The position numbers were made by a program, and so were the translations under genes. A DNA stretch of 64,000 nucleotides from Anthoceros angustus. Lineage: Eukaryota > Plantae > Anthocerotophyta. Below, in pieces: positions 27,160 to 39,285 of the stretch. The stretch covers positions 682,001 through 746,000 of the forward strand of contig VJWM01000103.1 in NCBI GenBank assembly GCA_010909165.1, in the 5' to 3' direction. Below the pieces are notes generated by a model. That model was not told the origin of the DNA and did not search any database. It saw only the letters and a list, made by a program, of their open reading frames with translations. Position 1 is the stretch's first letter, and every line of letters starts with the position of its first letter.

Positions 27160-28920
27160 TCATGGGAGGCTTACACCCAGCTCTCCAGCTGGGAGGACTA
27201 ACTGCAATAGTGTTTACATTGAGTTTGAAGCCCCTCCGTCCGTTGCCCCAATATCGGACCACCCTAATAATAGGTTGGTCTATCCGATAAGGTTAAAGAG
27301 GCTTTTGACCTCTTTTCCTTGGAGCTCTCTCACCTGGGCCTGAAAGTAAAGATTCTTAAAGTGCAGGGTTTAGTCCCCCATAGGTGTTTCGTCCCTTCTT
27401 CATTATCTAGAGGGGGATATTGTTTCTTTGCAGAGACTTAGTGTTCTATGCATCCCAGCGGGGCCCTCAGCTTTCATACAGGAATATACGGATGTTTGGC
27501 GCATACTGGCAATCTTTTTCAATTGGGGGACTCGCAAGTGGCATTCGGTATCCTTTCTTCCTGCTTCACGTGTCGGTTGGGTACCTTATCCAGACTTTTT
27601 GGTCTAGCTTGACGGGCTTTGACAAATAGTTTATGCAGGCATTAAGCGACATCATCAGCCCAAGCACCTTCAAGTGCGTTGTCGAGGATCTCGCAAGGCA
27701 GCAAGCATCCTTATCTATCGCTTTTGGGCGTACGGAGGCCTCTGCGCCGGTGGCCTTTCAAGGAAACTAGGCCCTCTCTGTCCCCATCTTGGCCTCTCGT
27801 TATGAAGGGTTCCCGCATCTTGGAGGCCTTCGTTGTGGGCGTTGAGGAGGGAGCTTTCCCCCACGGGTGTCCCTAAGATTGGCTAGGGTATCTTTACCCT
27901 CCAAGGCTAGGGCAGCCATGCCTCATTTTTCCTCCTTCGTCAAGGTTGGGCCACATGGCCTTTCGACATCCCTCCTAGAGAAGTAATATGGGCAGACGCA
28001 GCTGGTCCTTCTTCGGGATTCCTCCATTCCCCTACCCACTCGAGCTTGCCTCCATTCTTGCTTGGGGGAATGTTCTTGGCTTCTGGCCCGATCTTACATC
28101 CCGGTTTTCCGAATCGCACCAGCCTCTTTTTCTACCACGATGAGGTTCCCCTTGGGTTTGGTCCAACCCCTAGCCTGCTCTCTCTCAACTTACAATTGTG
28201 GGCCCCCCTCGACGACTCTGGGACCCACCTGGCTCATTGTTCTGTAGGCGGCTAGCGCATTGCTATGCACAACGTCGTTCGCGACGTCATGTTCTCGGTG
28301 GCTCAGGAGAGCAGGTTCTTTTCCCATAGGGAATGCCCATATACCCTGCTCAATGGTGTTTCTCTCAGGGCTAATTTGTTTTTGACTTGGGGGACCAAAT
28401 TTCTGTTGCAGATGTGGTTGTAACAGACCCTACCCGGGACACCCTTTGCGAGCATGTTATCCTCAACCCACTGGGTTGGGCGGCGGAGGGATGCGTGACT
28501 GCGAAGGTCCACAAGTACTCTCCCATGCAAGTCGGCCACACCTTCATCCCCTTACCATCGAGACTCATGGGGCCAAGGGCAAGGATTTCTCGAGGTTCAT
28601 TAAGGCGTGTGGCAACGGTTGATCTCCCTTGCAAGAATGGGGTTGGTCTCCCCCTTTCTTGCATTGTGGCTTTCTTCAGGGAACAGGTGTCCATCGCTTT
28701 GCCGAGTGCGCTGGCCAATGCAGTGTACATATAGGATGGCAGCGATATCTTTGGCACCAATGGTATGTAGCCCATTTCATATCCCGGACCAGGATATTCT
28801 CGAAGCGGTAAATGGTTTCAAGATGGGCTATCACGGGGACTAGTTCCCCATGGGGTTTGTGCCCTCTTATGGGTTGTCTTGGAGTAGATGGGATTTCCAT
28901 CTTTTTTCTTCAATGAAGTC
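27160..28920 (+). mobile_element. 5'-truncated, degenerate second RLE-type non-LTR retrotransposon
   Basis: LGLKVKILK (RT end), NCG...GTHLAHCSVGG*RIAMHNVVRDVMFSVA, RANLFL...VADVVVTDP, AKVHKY...GHTFIPL, FFREQVSIAL; same domain order as the 5.9-8.9 kb element. Confidence 0.75.
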
Positions 28921-29367
28921 TTCATGTTCCTACTGTGATGAGAGGGAAGTCTTCATGTTCCTACTTGTGATGAGAAGTCCTGTGTACAAGCTGCATGTTT
29001 TCTTGGGCCCTCCGGCGCTCTCTAGTTGTAAGCCGCGTGTTTCATATCTAGGCCTGGATGGGTGGAGGACTTCAGCCATCCAAGGTCCTCCATTTAGCTG
29101 GTACCGCATATATCCGGGCAAGTGTCTCCCATCCGCACGAGGAGGTGTCCTATCTAGGGGCACAGGAAAGGCGTTGTTAGAGTCCGACAGATGGACAACT
29201 GTAAAGATACAGTCATCTGTGTGAACAAACTGACGCGTAGATACAGACGCCGTCCACTGTCTGCCCTGCGCGATGTGTACGCAGGACTCGTACATTCGGA
29301 TTACCGTCACGAGCACAGGAAAGAGGACAGAAATGCGAATGTGGGACAAATAGAAAACGTTACAAGC

Positions 29368-32300
29368 CTAGTCTGTTGTGCGATTGATACGCTGGACGCC
29401 GAGCTTGAGAGGTCCCGCTCGACCACGGGCTCTGCCGACACCCACTCGAGGTCCAGAGTCACCGTGTATAGAAACATGCTGTCCCGGCCTCACCCGAGGC
29501 GCACCAGACCCTCTACCTGCTACCGTGGAGCTGCTTAGAGGCTTTGCAGTTGTTGTGGGAGCAGGGGCAGCTATGGCAGCCCAAGGGTCGTCATCGTCGT
29601 TGCCCCACCCGTCGCTGCTCTTTGTGGTTGTCATGCTGGACTGGAACAGGTCATCCGCTGGGACTACAAGCCAGGCAGGCACTTTTAGACTCCGTAAGGC
29701 CACAGGCTCAGAGATTGAAAGCTGTGAAGTGACTCACCTGAGCTGCTTGTGAACGCGTCTGAAGGAGGAGGGGGAATGGCCGGTGTTTTCAGCACTGTTA
29801 CGGGTCTCTGCTGTGCAGCCTGTATTCTGGCCATAGCTGGCGGGGGGGGCTCGTCAAACACGATCAGGTCCTCCCATCCCTTGTCATCGTCCCCAGCTTG
29901 GTATCCGTTGGACTCGATCTCTCCCCATCCATCAGGAATCAGGTGGGCTGAAGAATCAGGGAACAAGGAGTTGGCCTGTTCCGTTCTTGCAGCTGGTTGG
30001 TTCAGGGTACCTGAACAAGACGTGCAAGCCCGGAAATCAGAGGGACAGCTACGTTTCTCAGCACCACATGAAAATGTCCCGTGATTCTGTACTTCTTACC
30101 TGTGCTGACTACGGGCTGCGCATTGGTCCCAACATTTGCTTGCATGATTACGCCAGTCGTAGTGCTGGTTTGTTCGGCGCCTTTGGTCTTGGTTGCGAAG
30201 GAGCTCACAGCCCAGCTGCAACGCAACAACACAAGTGGGCCAAAAACCCCACTGGACCAGATGAAAACAGAGTGGTGTCAGCTACAAACCTCAGGAGTCC
30301 AGAGGCGGCAACAGCTCCTCCTACGGTCGGGGCTGTAATGCTTGTGGTAGTGATATCACCCGAATCCTGCTGCACGTTTTCCAACAGTCACTGAGCCAAA
30401 TCCAAAAGTAAGGTTCCCTGCTAGCTACACAGGAGACTTGCGGACTACCTTCTCATGATACTTCTTGACCAATTGCAAAAACATATCTGCAGCTTGGAAT
30501 GCTTTTCCCCTCACATCACTGCCACGGGATCCGCAGTCAGTTTTCTCCTACACAACCGCAAACAACTTCACACAAGGGTAGAGGAAAAGTACACGTCCGC
30601 GTCCACTGTTAAAGCCACAAGATGGGGAAGGATTCTAGTAGCCACTTCCGTCACATCATAGTATTCCTTCGTGGCCATTAGAGCCATGATACCTGCACAC
30701 CCAGAAGTCAACACCTTCATGCATCCACAGAGTTTGAGCATGACGTTTTCCAAACGATATATGCTGTGCGCAACTAAGTTACAGCAATTGTCATTCCTAT
30801 GATTGATTTGTACCTGCTCCCCTTGCAGGTGCAAACCCATCACGAAGAGCTCTCACTGTGAAGGCATTAATCAAAACACGTTTTCGGGTCTGCAAAAATA
30901 TCACAGATAAGTACCAACGTTTAAGATTTGACGCCAGTGACAGCATACACGACAATACAGCAGGATGTACTGACCATACCGCATCATTAAAATGTGAAGC
31001 AATATTGCCAAGTAAGATTGTGGTATTTGCTCGAATAGCTGCTTCCTCATCCACCTGTAACCCACCAAGCAATAGTCTGTACAGGGATGAACAGCTCACA
31101 ATATCTTACAAACAGAGGTCTTGCATAAAAGAACACCTAAGATTTGAACCAGCAGTTGCAACATTCCCTCTCTGGAAGGAAAAGTGCTGCATGTCCCCAA
31201 ACCGCAGTTCAGCAACCGTGACGCTTCAGCAAGCAGGGTCTTAATCCATGTCATACCTGTAATTTGGACAAATGCTTCAACAGAGAGCCCGTGATAGTCC
31301 GTTGGGATAACTGCACTCATGAGAGGAAGCACATAAGGCTCCGAGAGCAGCCAAAACAAGGTCTACCTTTCTATTGTGATATGAGAGTCTCCTTCAACAA
31401 CATAAGGAAGGTTACACATCGGCGCACCTTCGGAGCAAGTGTTTGCATTGATTTTAAAGTGAGCTCTCGCACAACTGCTGCTGTGTCTGAGAACCCAGTT
31501 GACAGGTGTGGGAAAATCTGTGCAAAAGGAAGACTCATTGAAGTTCCAGCTAACAGAAGGGTATATGTGAATCCAGGTAACAACTACAATGAAGTGATTC
31601 AACCAGAGTTCACACCAGTACCAGCCTGGTACCAACACAGCCAAGTAAAAAGCGGCAGTTCAATGAAAAGGAAGACTCATTGCACTATTACAGTCAGAAA
31701 ATCTACCTGCTCATCAACCACAGTGGTGGACAAGGACGATCCAAATTGATCAATGTGCTGAAGTAGACCGATCCGGATACCCCGGTCATTGGAAGCAAAC
31801 AGTTTCACAACTGTTGGTAGGACCTGCATTGTAGGCCAAGAGTATACTACCGGAGGGCAAATTCAATGACCAAAATGAGCAACCGGCAGGGAGACGAATA
31901 AATACCCTGGCATTGAACTCCTCTGCTGAAAGCCATGATCCCATTTTGAGAAGAGGAGTAAGTGCAAGTGCTGCAGCAGAACCAAACTCCAAGGCCGAAG
32001 CAAGCAGTGGCAGCAACTGAGAAACATACAATGTACAGTTCATCAGCTGAGAATGAAAAGAAGATGAACCGCAAGCATTAGACGGTGGTCTAAGAGACGG
32101 CAAGCGAAGGAGCCTCACGTTACCTTCCGAGTCACGATCTCCCTTGGCAGCTGGTCCACTAGTGTCGGTAGCCTCCGAAAGAAGCTGTCCTTATCTACAG
32201 TATCCTTAAGATTCAAAGTCTCCATGAACTGGATAGTTTGCACCAACTTGTTCTGAAAATATTCTGTGAATCAAAATCAGCATATAGTGAAACTGATAAT

Positions 32301-34274
32301 GAGCAGATTGGTACACGACACATTGACCCATGGAGAAAGCTGCAAACTGAGCTCAAAAGTAGCTTCTCATGACAAGTACAAGATTCATACCATGGTTCTC
32401 TAGGAGTTTTGCAGAATTTAACCTGCTTGCTGGAGCAGAGTGCAGAAGCCGCTGATAGTCTGGAAGAAGACTCTGCGTGACAAGGGCACACATTACAAAA
32501 AGCATGGCTTAAGGGCACAGCAAGCATGCACGCAAGTGCAGCGCAGCATGAACTAGTGATTTTAACAGTCTTCTCCATATATTATGCACATGAAAACAAA
32601 TGCTTCAGACAGTGCTTCTATGCATCAAATCTTGTTTAACACCTTCACTACCTTAGGAATAGATCCAATGTTTCGCAGATCTTCAGTCTTCAAAAGCTTA
32701 GTTCCAAAAAAGAGCTCATGAATGAAACAACCTGCACAGCAACAGGAGCGACTTACTTTCAAGGAGCTGTCTAGCAGAGTCTTCTCTTATAACTGTGCGG
32801 AAAGTGCAGATTAGAAAATAGGTCCTTGTCCCCTGGAGAAGCTAGATGTACACACCTAAGCCCCATGAGTCAATAGCCCAAGGTGGGGACCTCCGTATAG
32901 TAGCCCAGTCACTCTTTCCCAGCTCTGTAGGCTTATATTGTGAGCCTACAAGCCACTCATGAGGCTGCATGTGCACAAAGAGGTCACAGTAAGCACAACT
33001 TCAAATACTTCAAAGATTTCCGAACCTATGATTGATTATCCGACGGCAAGACACTCACTAGCATAGGGCCCGCTGCAGCTGGGTTTTGTCCATCAAACTC
33101 TGAGAGAACATCAAATGCATGTAGCTTCCAGTCTAAAGTTGGTGTAACAACCACAGATGATAAGCACACATTTCCGTGGACCTGCCATTAATACAACCAG
33201 GCACCCTTGAGACTTTTCGACCAGAGTAATCAACTTCACGACACAAAGCGTCTGGATGTTTCCTTCCAGCTGAAAAAGACAACCCCAGAGAAACGGAGTG
33301 CTAACCAGCTTGTTGTCATTGTTCAGAAAGCTGACAGCCTTGGCAATTTGATGGAGGCCCAATGCATAATATTCATCCCTTCATACACAGCGAAGATATA
33401 TATGATGGCATAACCCCAGAAGAGTTAACCATGGCACTTCCGGCAACGAAGTCCAAGTATGATCCACGAAGTTCTTATTATATACCTCTGACTGCCTTGT
33501 AAATTGAGCTCCTTGAGCTTCTCGTATAATGGGGTGACGGGCTCAGTAACAAGGTAGATCGTAGGTCGGACAAGGCCACCTTCATTTGTTTCCACCTCTG
33601 TGGTATGCAGAAATGACAGAACATTTGGATGTCTAACCTGCACAAAAGCGATATTTGCCAACGATGAGTGACAGCTTGGGCTCGTTACTAGATTCTAAGA
33701 TCACTTTTAGCTCGCTCAACACTGACCATCCGAAGACGCTTGACTCCGTTCCGAGCTGCCACCATTCGACCATCTTGACTGCTGTTCCCCACAAGTGAGA
33801 ATATAGAGACAGGAGCATTATCCTCCTGCCCACAAACAGAGAAGAAGGCACCCCACGCTATCATGTGCTCTGACTAAAGAGTCAAGAAGAAAAGGAAAAC
33901 TTTGTAACTCAAGCTGGTCATAACCGGAAGCAATTTCGGGCCACGAAGAGAAAAAAACCATTCTCAGCTAACTGCATCCATCTTCCAAAAAGCCATAGCA
34001 AGTTTAGTTCATCTTCAGCACACAGTCCCGAGCTGAGTGACACGGTGGGGTGGTTCAAAGTTCAAACTCCGCTAGGGCCGTGCAACGTGCAACTGCAATG
34101 CAGATCTGTGAATAGCACATCTTCTTTCCCTGAAGCAGCAAGGGAGACTACCTTGGACGTGCCGCGGTAATGGGTCCAGGCCCCCCACGCCTCGGAATAC
34201 GGCTCGCCGAGGTTATAAGGCAGATCCCTGATGCCCCCGCCCGATCCAACCACTCCCTTCAAAAACTTCAACAT
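29368..34274 (-). CDS. SCY1-like (SCYL1/CEX1, N-terminal kinase-like) pseudokinase with HEAT repeats
   Basis: MLKFLKGVVG...DLPYNLGEPY; RHPNVLSFL; VHGNVCLSSVVV; WAIDSWGLG; LFASNDRGIRIGLL; GFSDTAAVVRELTLKSM; DEEAAIRANTTILLG; C-terminus PLKLGVQRI; introns in phase. Confidence 0.93.
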
Positions 34275-34751
34275 CGTGCCGCTGTGTCGCAGCACTCTAG
34301 GGACACAGTCAAGTCATATTCCTCCTGGCACCGACACAGACCCCAGGCAAGCTCCCCCGCATTCACCAGAGCTGAGCTCTCCTCGCCCCGGATCCAGCAT
34401 CCTGTCCATGCCCACTTGGCTCCACCTTGGCCAGCATCCTGCAACCCGGCGTCCTGCAGCCCGCACCACACCTGCTCATCTCACATCGAAAGGAAGCTCT
34501 CTTCACGCGCTAAATTTGCAGCGAATCCAGACAGCCGTGTCTGCAGGATCGATGGCTCCCCGCCTGTGCAGTGTCCGGATCGATGTCAGGGCGTGAACGT
34601 GCTTTGTATGTCTCGTCAAGGGGCATAGGGTGTTTAAACCTCCAGGATACAGTAAACGCAATTCACCAACATAGTATAAATGTAAGCAAGCCTTCCTCTT
34701 CTGCAAATCCGTTCACTGAACTCTGGAATTGGATTCTCACAACATCACAGC

Positions 34752-36993
34752 ATGGCGAGCTCGGGGGCCTTACTGAGGAGGAAGGAAGGTGGCAAGTTCG
34801 CCAGTCTCCTTTTCCAGAGACTGGGCTGCAGGAAACAGAGCCTGAGTTTGCTCCATGGGTCTGCTTCAAAAGCGGTCCCTGCACATAACAGCGGTTCGAC
34901 ACCCTTGCCTGCCCAACTTGGGAGCTTTACAACTTTGCTGGCAGGATGATAACTGGGTGAATGGGACCAATTTGATGTGCAGAAGCAAGCTGCAATTTCA
35001 ATTCGCTGTCACGGACAATGAGCACAGAGGAACAAGATTTCCTGTTCCAGGTGATGAGATTCGACAGGTCCGTGTCTGTGGAAGAGGCATGCACGCCTCC
35101 CAGTTCCTGGTACACCAGCGAATCATTTGCTGCCGTAGAGATGGAGCGTGTGTTTTGCCGGGGCTGGCAGTTTGTGGGTAATAGTTTGCGATTTATGGAG
35201 TCTGTGATCTCAATCCAGCGTGTGGTGGCATTCATGGGTTGAGAACAGCGTAATTTTGGATGAACCAGGTCATTCAGAACAAGTCAAGGAACCGGGTAGC
35301 TTCTTCACTGGCAGGTAGATGATGCTGCTCCCTGTAAGAGGTGGAGGTAGATCTGCACATGACTTCTAAGATTTAGCCCCTTGGATTCGTCTGCAGTGTG
35401 GGCAAGATCAAGTATGTGGTTTGCAGGGACCACGCAGGCTGCTTGCAGGCCTTTCATAATGTGTGTCGGCATCACGCAGCAGCTGTCGCCAGTGGCTTTG
35501 GCTGCACCGATGCATTTGTCTGCCCATATCATGTGTGTATTGCTGCCCTTTCGCCACTTTCCAGCTCTGCTGTTGACGGAGGATCTGAGTAGGAAAGGTT
35601 TGCCACCCGATTGTGGAAACAGGGCTGGACGTATGGCTTGGATGGTAGACTCCAGAAAGCCAGTCGGGTTGGAGGCATTCGAAACTTCTCTGCACGTGTA
35701 TGCTTGCTATGAAGAAGACCTCAAGTAGTCCAGTGGTTGCAGTAAAGGCGTGCTGCTTTGCTCTCTCTTCCGATATGCGTTCAAGCAATATACTTGTGGC
35801 TGATGCTAGGTCTCATTCTACAGGAGTACGGGCTACTACCTATAGGTGTGGCTACATGGGGTCCTTTCGTGCTTGTCAGCTTGCACAGAGAGAGGATGGA
35901 AGTAGAGGCTGAACAAGTAGGAACAGCAAATATAGATTCCAAATGGCTTGGCACTGCATCTCAAGAGCTCTCAGCTGCAGGGATTGATGCATCCTTATGT
36001 CATGTGGCAAGGCGAGAGTACATGCTGAACTGCAACTGGAAGGTTGCACAACACGGTTGTAGGTTTTGTGCTTCTTTCAAGGTCTTATATCCATCCATTC
36101 AGTGCATACTTCCCCTTTGTCACTCTGAGAAACGCTTGTTTTGGAGGGGTGACAGGTTTACTGTGACAACTACTTAGATGGTGGATATCATGTTCCTTAC
36201 GCTCACAAAGGCCTTGCTGCTGGTCTTGATCTTAAGAGTTATACAACGAAGGTACGAGCTTGCAACTTTCCCTGCCCTCCATTTCTTAAATCACTGCATC
36301 AAGTTTACATGACCTGCCTGCTGCCTGTCTCAATCAGCTACATGACAGAGTGAGCATACAGACATGCCGAGCTTCTCAATCTGACAATGCCGAGAGGCTT
36401 GGGAGTCTGGCTACCTATGCTTTTGTCTACCCCAACTTCATGATCAACAGGTGCTCGTCACTTTGAATGACAAGGGAAGACTTTAGCATCCCAAAGCTCA
36501 ACTCTACCTGTTCTCACCTCTACCTGTTCTCACCTCGTACGTGGTATGACAGGTATGGGCCGTGGATGGACACAAATCTAGTGCTACCGTTATCAGCCAG
36601 CCAATGTCGGGTTGTATTCGACTTCTTCCTGGACTCCCCTATGAAGGCAAGTCGTCGCCTTTTCACGGAAAGCTGTCGAAGTGTCTGTTCCAGAAGTCCT
36701 GATCCAACTTTTGTTGTGAACTGTGTCGCACAGAAGGACGACACCTTCATTGAGAGCAGCATCAAAGAAAGTGAAATAATCCAGGTAGCCGCCGCTACAC
36801 ATGCACAGCGTGTTGATTGTGATGGACCCCGTTTTCATCTTTGTGCGTGCAACAGAACGAGGACATCAGATTGTGCGAGGAGGTACAAACTGGGCTCTCA
36901 TCCCCAGCGTACGATGCAGGGCGATATGCACCCAGGGTAGAACAAGCAATGCATCACTTCCACTGTCTCCTCCATGAGAATCTCTCAACTTAG
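34752..36993 (+). CDS. CMO: Choline monooxygenase-like Rieske non-heme iron oxygenase
   Basis: TPPSSWYT; Rieske ligands NVCRHHA...CPYHGW; NCNWKVYCDNYLDGGYHVPYAH; YPNFMINRYGPWMDTN; EDIRLCEEVQ...GRYAP...MHHFHCLL. Confidence 0.93.
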
Positions 36994-37171
36994 TTGATCA
37001 AGAACCGGTTCAGTCCGCCTGGATGGGCATTTGCCAACGTGGCAGACGTGGTCTTACAGAGACACGATTACTCGTATTACTTATGTCTTTCAACAAATAC
37101 ACAGAACCGCATTCAGGAATTTGGGTGATCCTCAAGCTAGCTTAGGTACTCACAGTGTGATCACTAACTTG

Positions 37172-38932
37172 TTAGCCGAGGCCAGATCCCGACTCGGGTG
37201 TACCGTACGTCATTGGACGCTCTATCATTCTGATACCTGCCCTTTGATCCCACTCTTCGGTCTTCAAAGTTTCTGCCATGGCTTCTTGACCACGCCACAA
37301 AATCTGTACACAGCGACACAATTTAACATCATTCATTCTTGTACCATTCACACTTGAAATGTGGGCCTTTATATCATGAAAAAGTTTTGAAGACGGCAAG
37401 GCATATGAAGATCACCTTGTCAGCAACACCAAACTCCACGGCTTTCCCGGGGTTCATGTAAAATGGCCGCTCCATGACTTTGGAGACCTTCTCGAAAGAC
37501 TGCCAAGTCGAGGGAAAGGAAACGTAGAAGATGACAAATGGCGTCTGCACACATATCATGGACTTAGGACTAACAAAAGCATGTTACACTTACATTGCCA
37601 GAGTGGCGGGCGAGCAGTTCCACAAGTGTGTCCCTGTTGTTGATAACCTGCAAAGGATGCGGAACAGAAATTAATCCAGACCAGATTTAGCAGTTGAGTC
37701 AATGCAACCAGAGGTCACAGAAGTACCTCCTTCGCTCGAATATGAACGTCAATTGCTGACATTTGACCAGTTGACGGTAGTCGGGGCTGTTGAATCATGG
37801 CTGCTCAAACAGAATTGCACATTTCAGTTCTTTTATCTAACAAATGCCGACTTTTGACAGAGGAAAAGAGCAACATGAGCACAGCAACCTGTTGCATGAG
37901 GGAGCATGAACCGCCTGCCCTTGTTACCGGCAGCTAAAAGCAAACAGGCCTGTCCAATGGCAGCCCCAACGGCTACTGTTTGAATCTGCCAACGTACACG
38001 AAAGAAATGACAAAAATTTAGCTGACAAGAAGACCCATCAGAGTAAGGAACACGGGCTAGCAGCCAGGAAACACAGACCTCATTTTTGACGTTCATCATA
38101 GTGTCATAGATGGCGAAACCCTCGGTCTCCATTCCAACCTGTTGATGGAATTGACAACCATTTAGACCTTGAGGGGAAACTTGATCTATCTAGGAGGCCC
38201 CAGCCATGCATCCAGCTTCCCTCATTACCGTTTCACCGTCAGCCCTCGAGGTTCCGGTGGAGTTGATGTACACATACGTGGGTTGCCGTGGATCCAACCA
38301 TTGCAGGTACAGGAGCTCTGCTATCACCAGTTCTGTCACTGCTGGTACCAGCTACTCCAACACAAGAACCAAGGTCAGTCATTCACAGCCATGGCATCCA
38401 AGACAAAGCCCCAATTAGGATGGTAGGGGAATTTACCGGCATGCCAATGTACACAATCCGACTGTTCAATAGAAGAGAAGGCAAATCCGGAGGAGGCCGC
38501 CGAGGCCTGTGCTCATTATAGGAAGTTGAACGCTCAACCTACACCAATCCTCAGGCATAAACCTCGGGAAAAGCCCATCAAGAACAGCCGAAAGCACAGG
38601 ATGAAACGGCGAAGGAAGAAGCCACCAACCTGGGCTGGAGCTGCCATGAGCTTGGTATCAGCCATAAGATCCAGCAGAGGAGGTCTTTCGTCATAAGAGC
38701 CCCTGGACTGGGCCAGCTGCTCCTTCCCCTCCTCAGTAGAAGCTACAGCAGCCAGGCGGGCAAGGAAGGGGTCGCTGGACGGACCGGGGAGGGAAGGCAG
38801 GGCCATGGACACACGGGACCGTGACGGCCGAGGCAGCATGGCGCTCCTGGGAAGCCATGACGACGACCGCAGCTGCTGCTGAGCAGACGGTGGCCGCCCG
38901 CACAGCATGCTGCTGCAGCATTCGGCAGCCAT
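37172..38932 (-). CDS. CLPR3: Plastid Clp protease non-catalytic subunit ClpR3
   Basis: Transit peptide; RPPPDLPSLLLNSRIVYIGMPLVPAVTELVIAELLYLQW; YINSTGT...GETVGMETEGFAIYD; GAAIGQACLLL (no catalytic Ser); ILWRGQE. Confidence 0.9.
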
Positions 38933-39285
38933 CGGGCTTACTATCAAAATGAGGACCGGAATCTGGACACTTCCTGTTGGAGCTCCGCTGGTCGCGCCCC
39001 CTTGAGATCCGCGAAGATAGAGCCGCCTGCGAACGGACTCTCAAACCGTATGCGGACAACCCATCACATGAACGGCTTGTGCGTCTTTCTTCACGCCACG
39101 TCTTTTCCGTTAGTCTGTGGGAACAGTTGTTGATGGTCAGCTGTGGGAAGTGAAGACTTGGGATCTGACACTGGGGCCGGTGACATGCCGTATTTCACCA
39201 GGCTGCGTTGGGCAGTTTCAAAATCCTCCAGAGTCCATGCTTCCTAGGGGGCTAGCATCCTACCTCACTTGATCCTCATGCGGTG

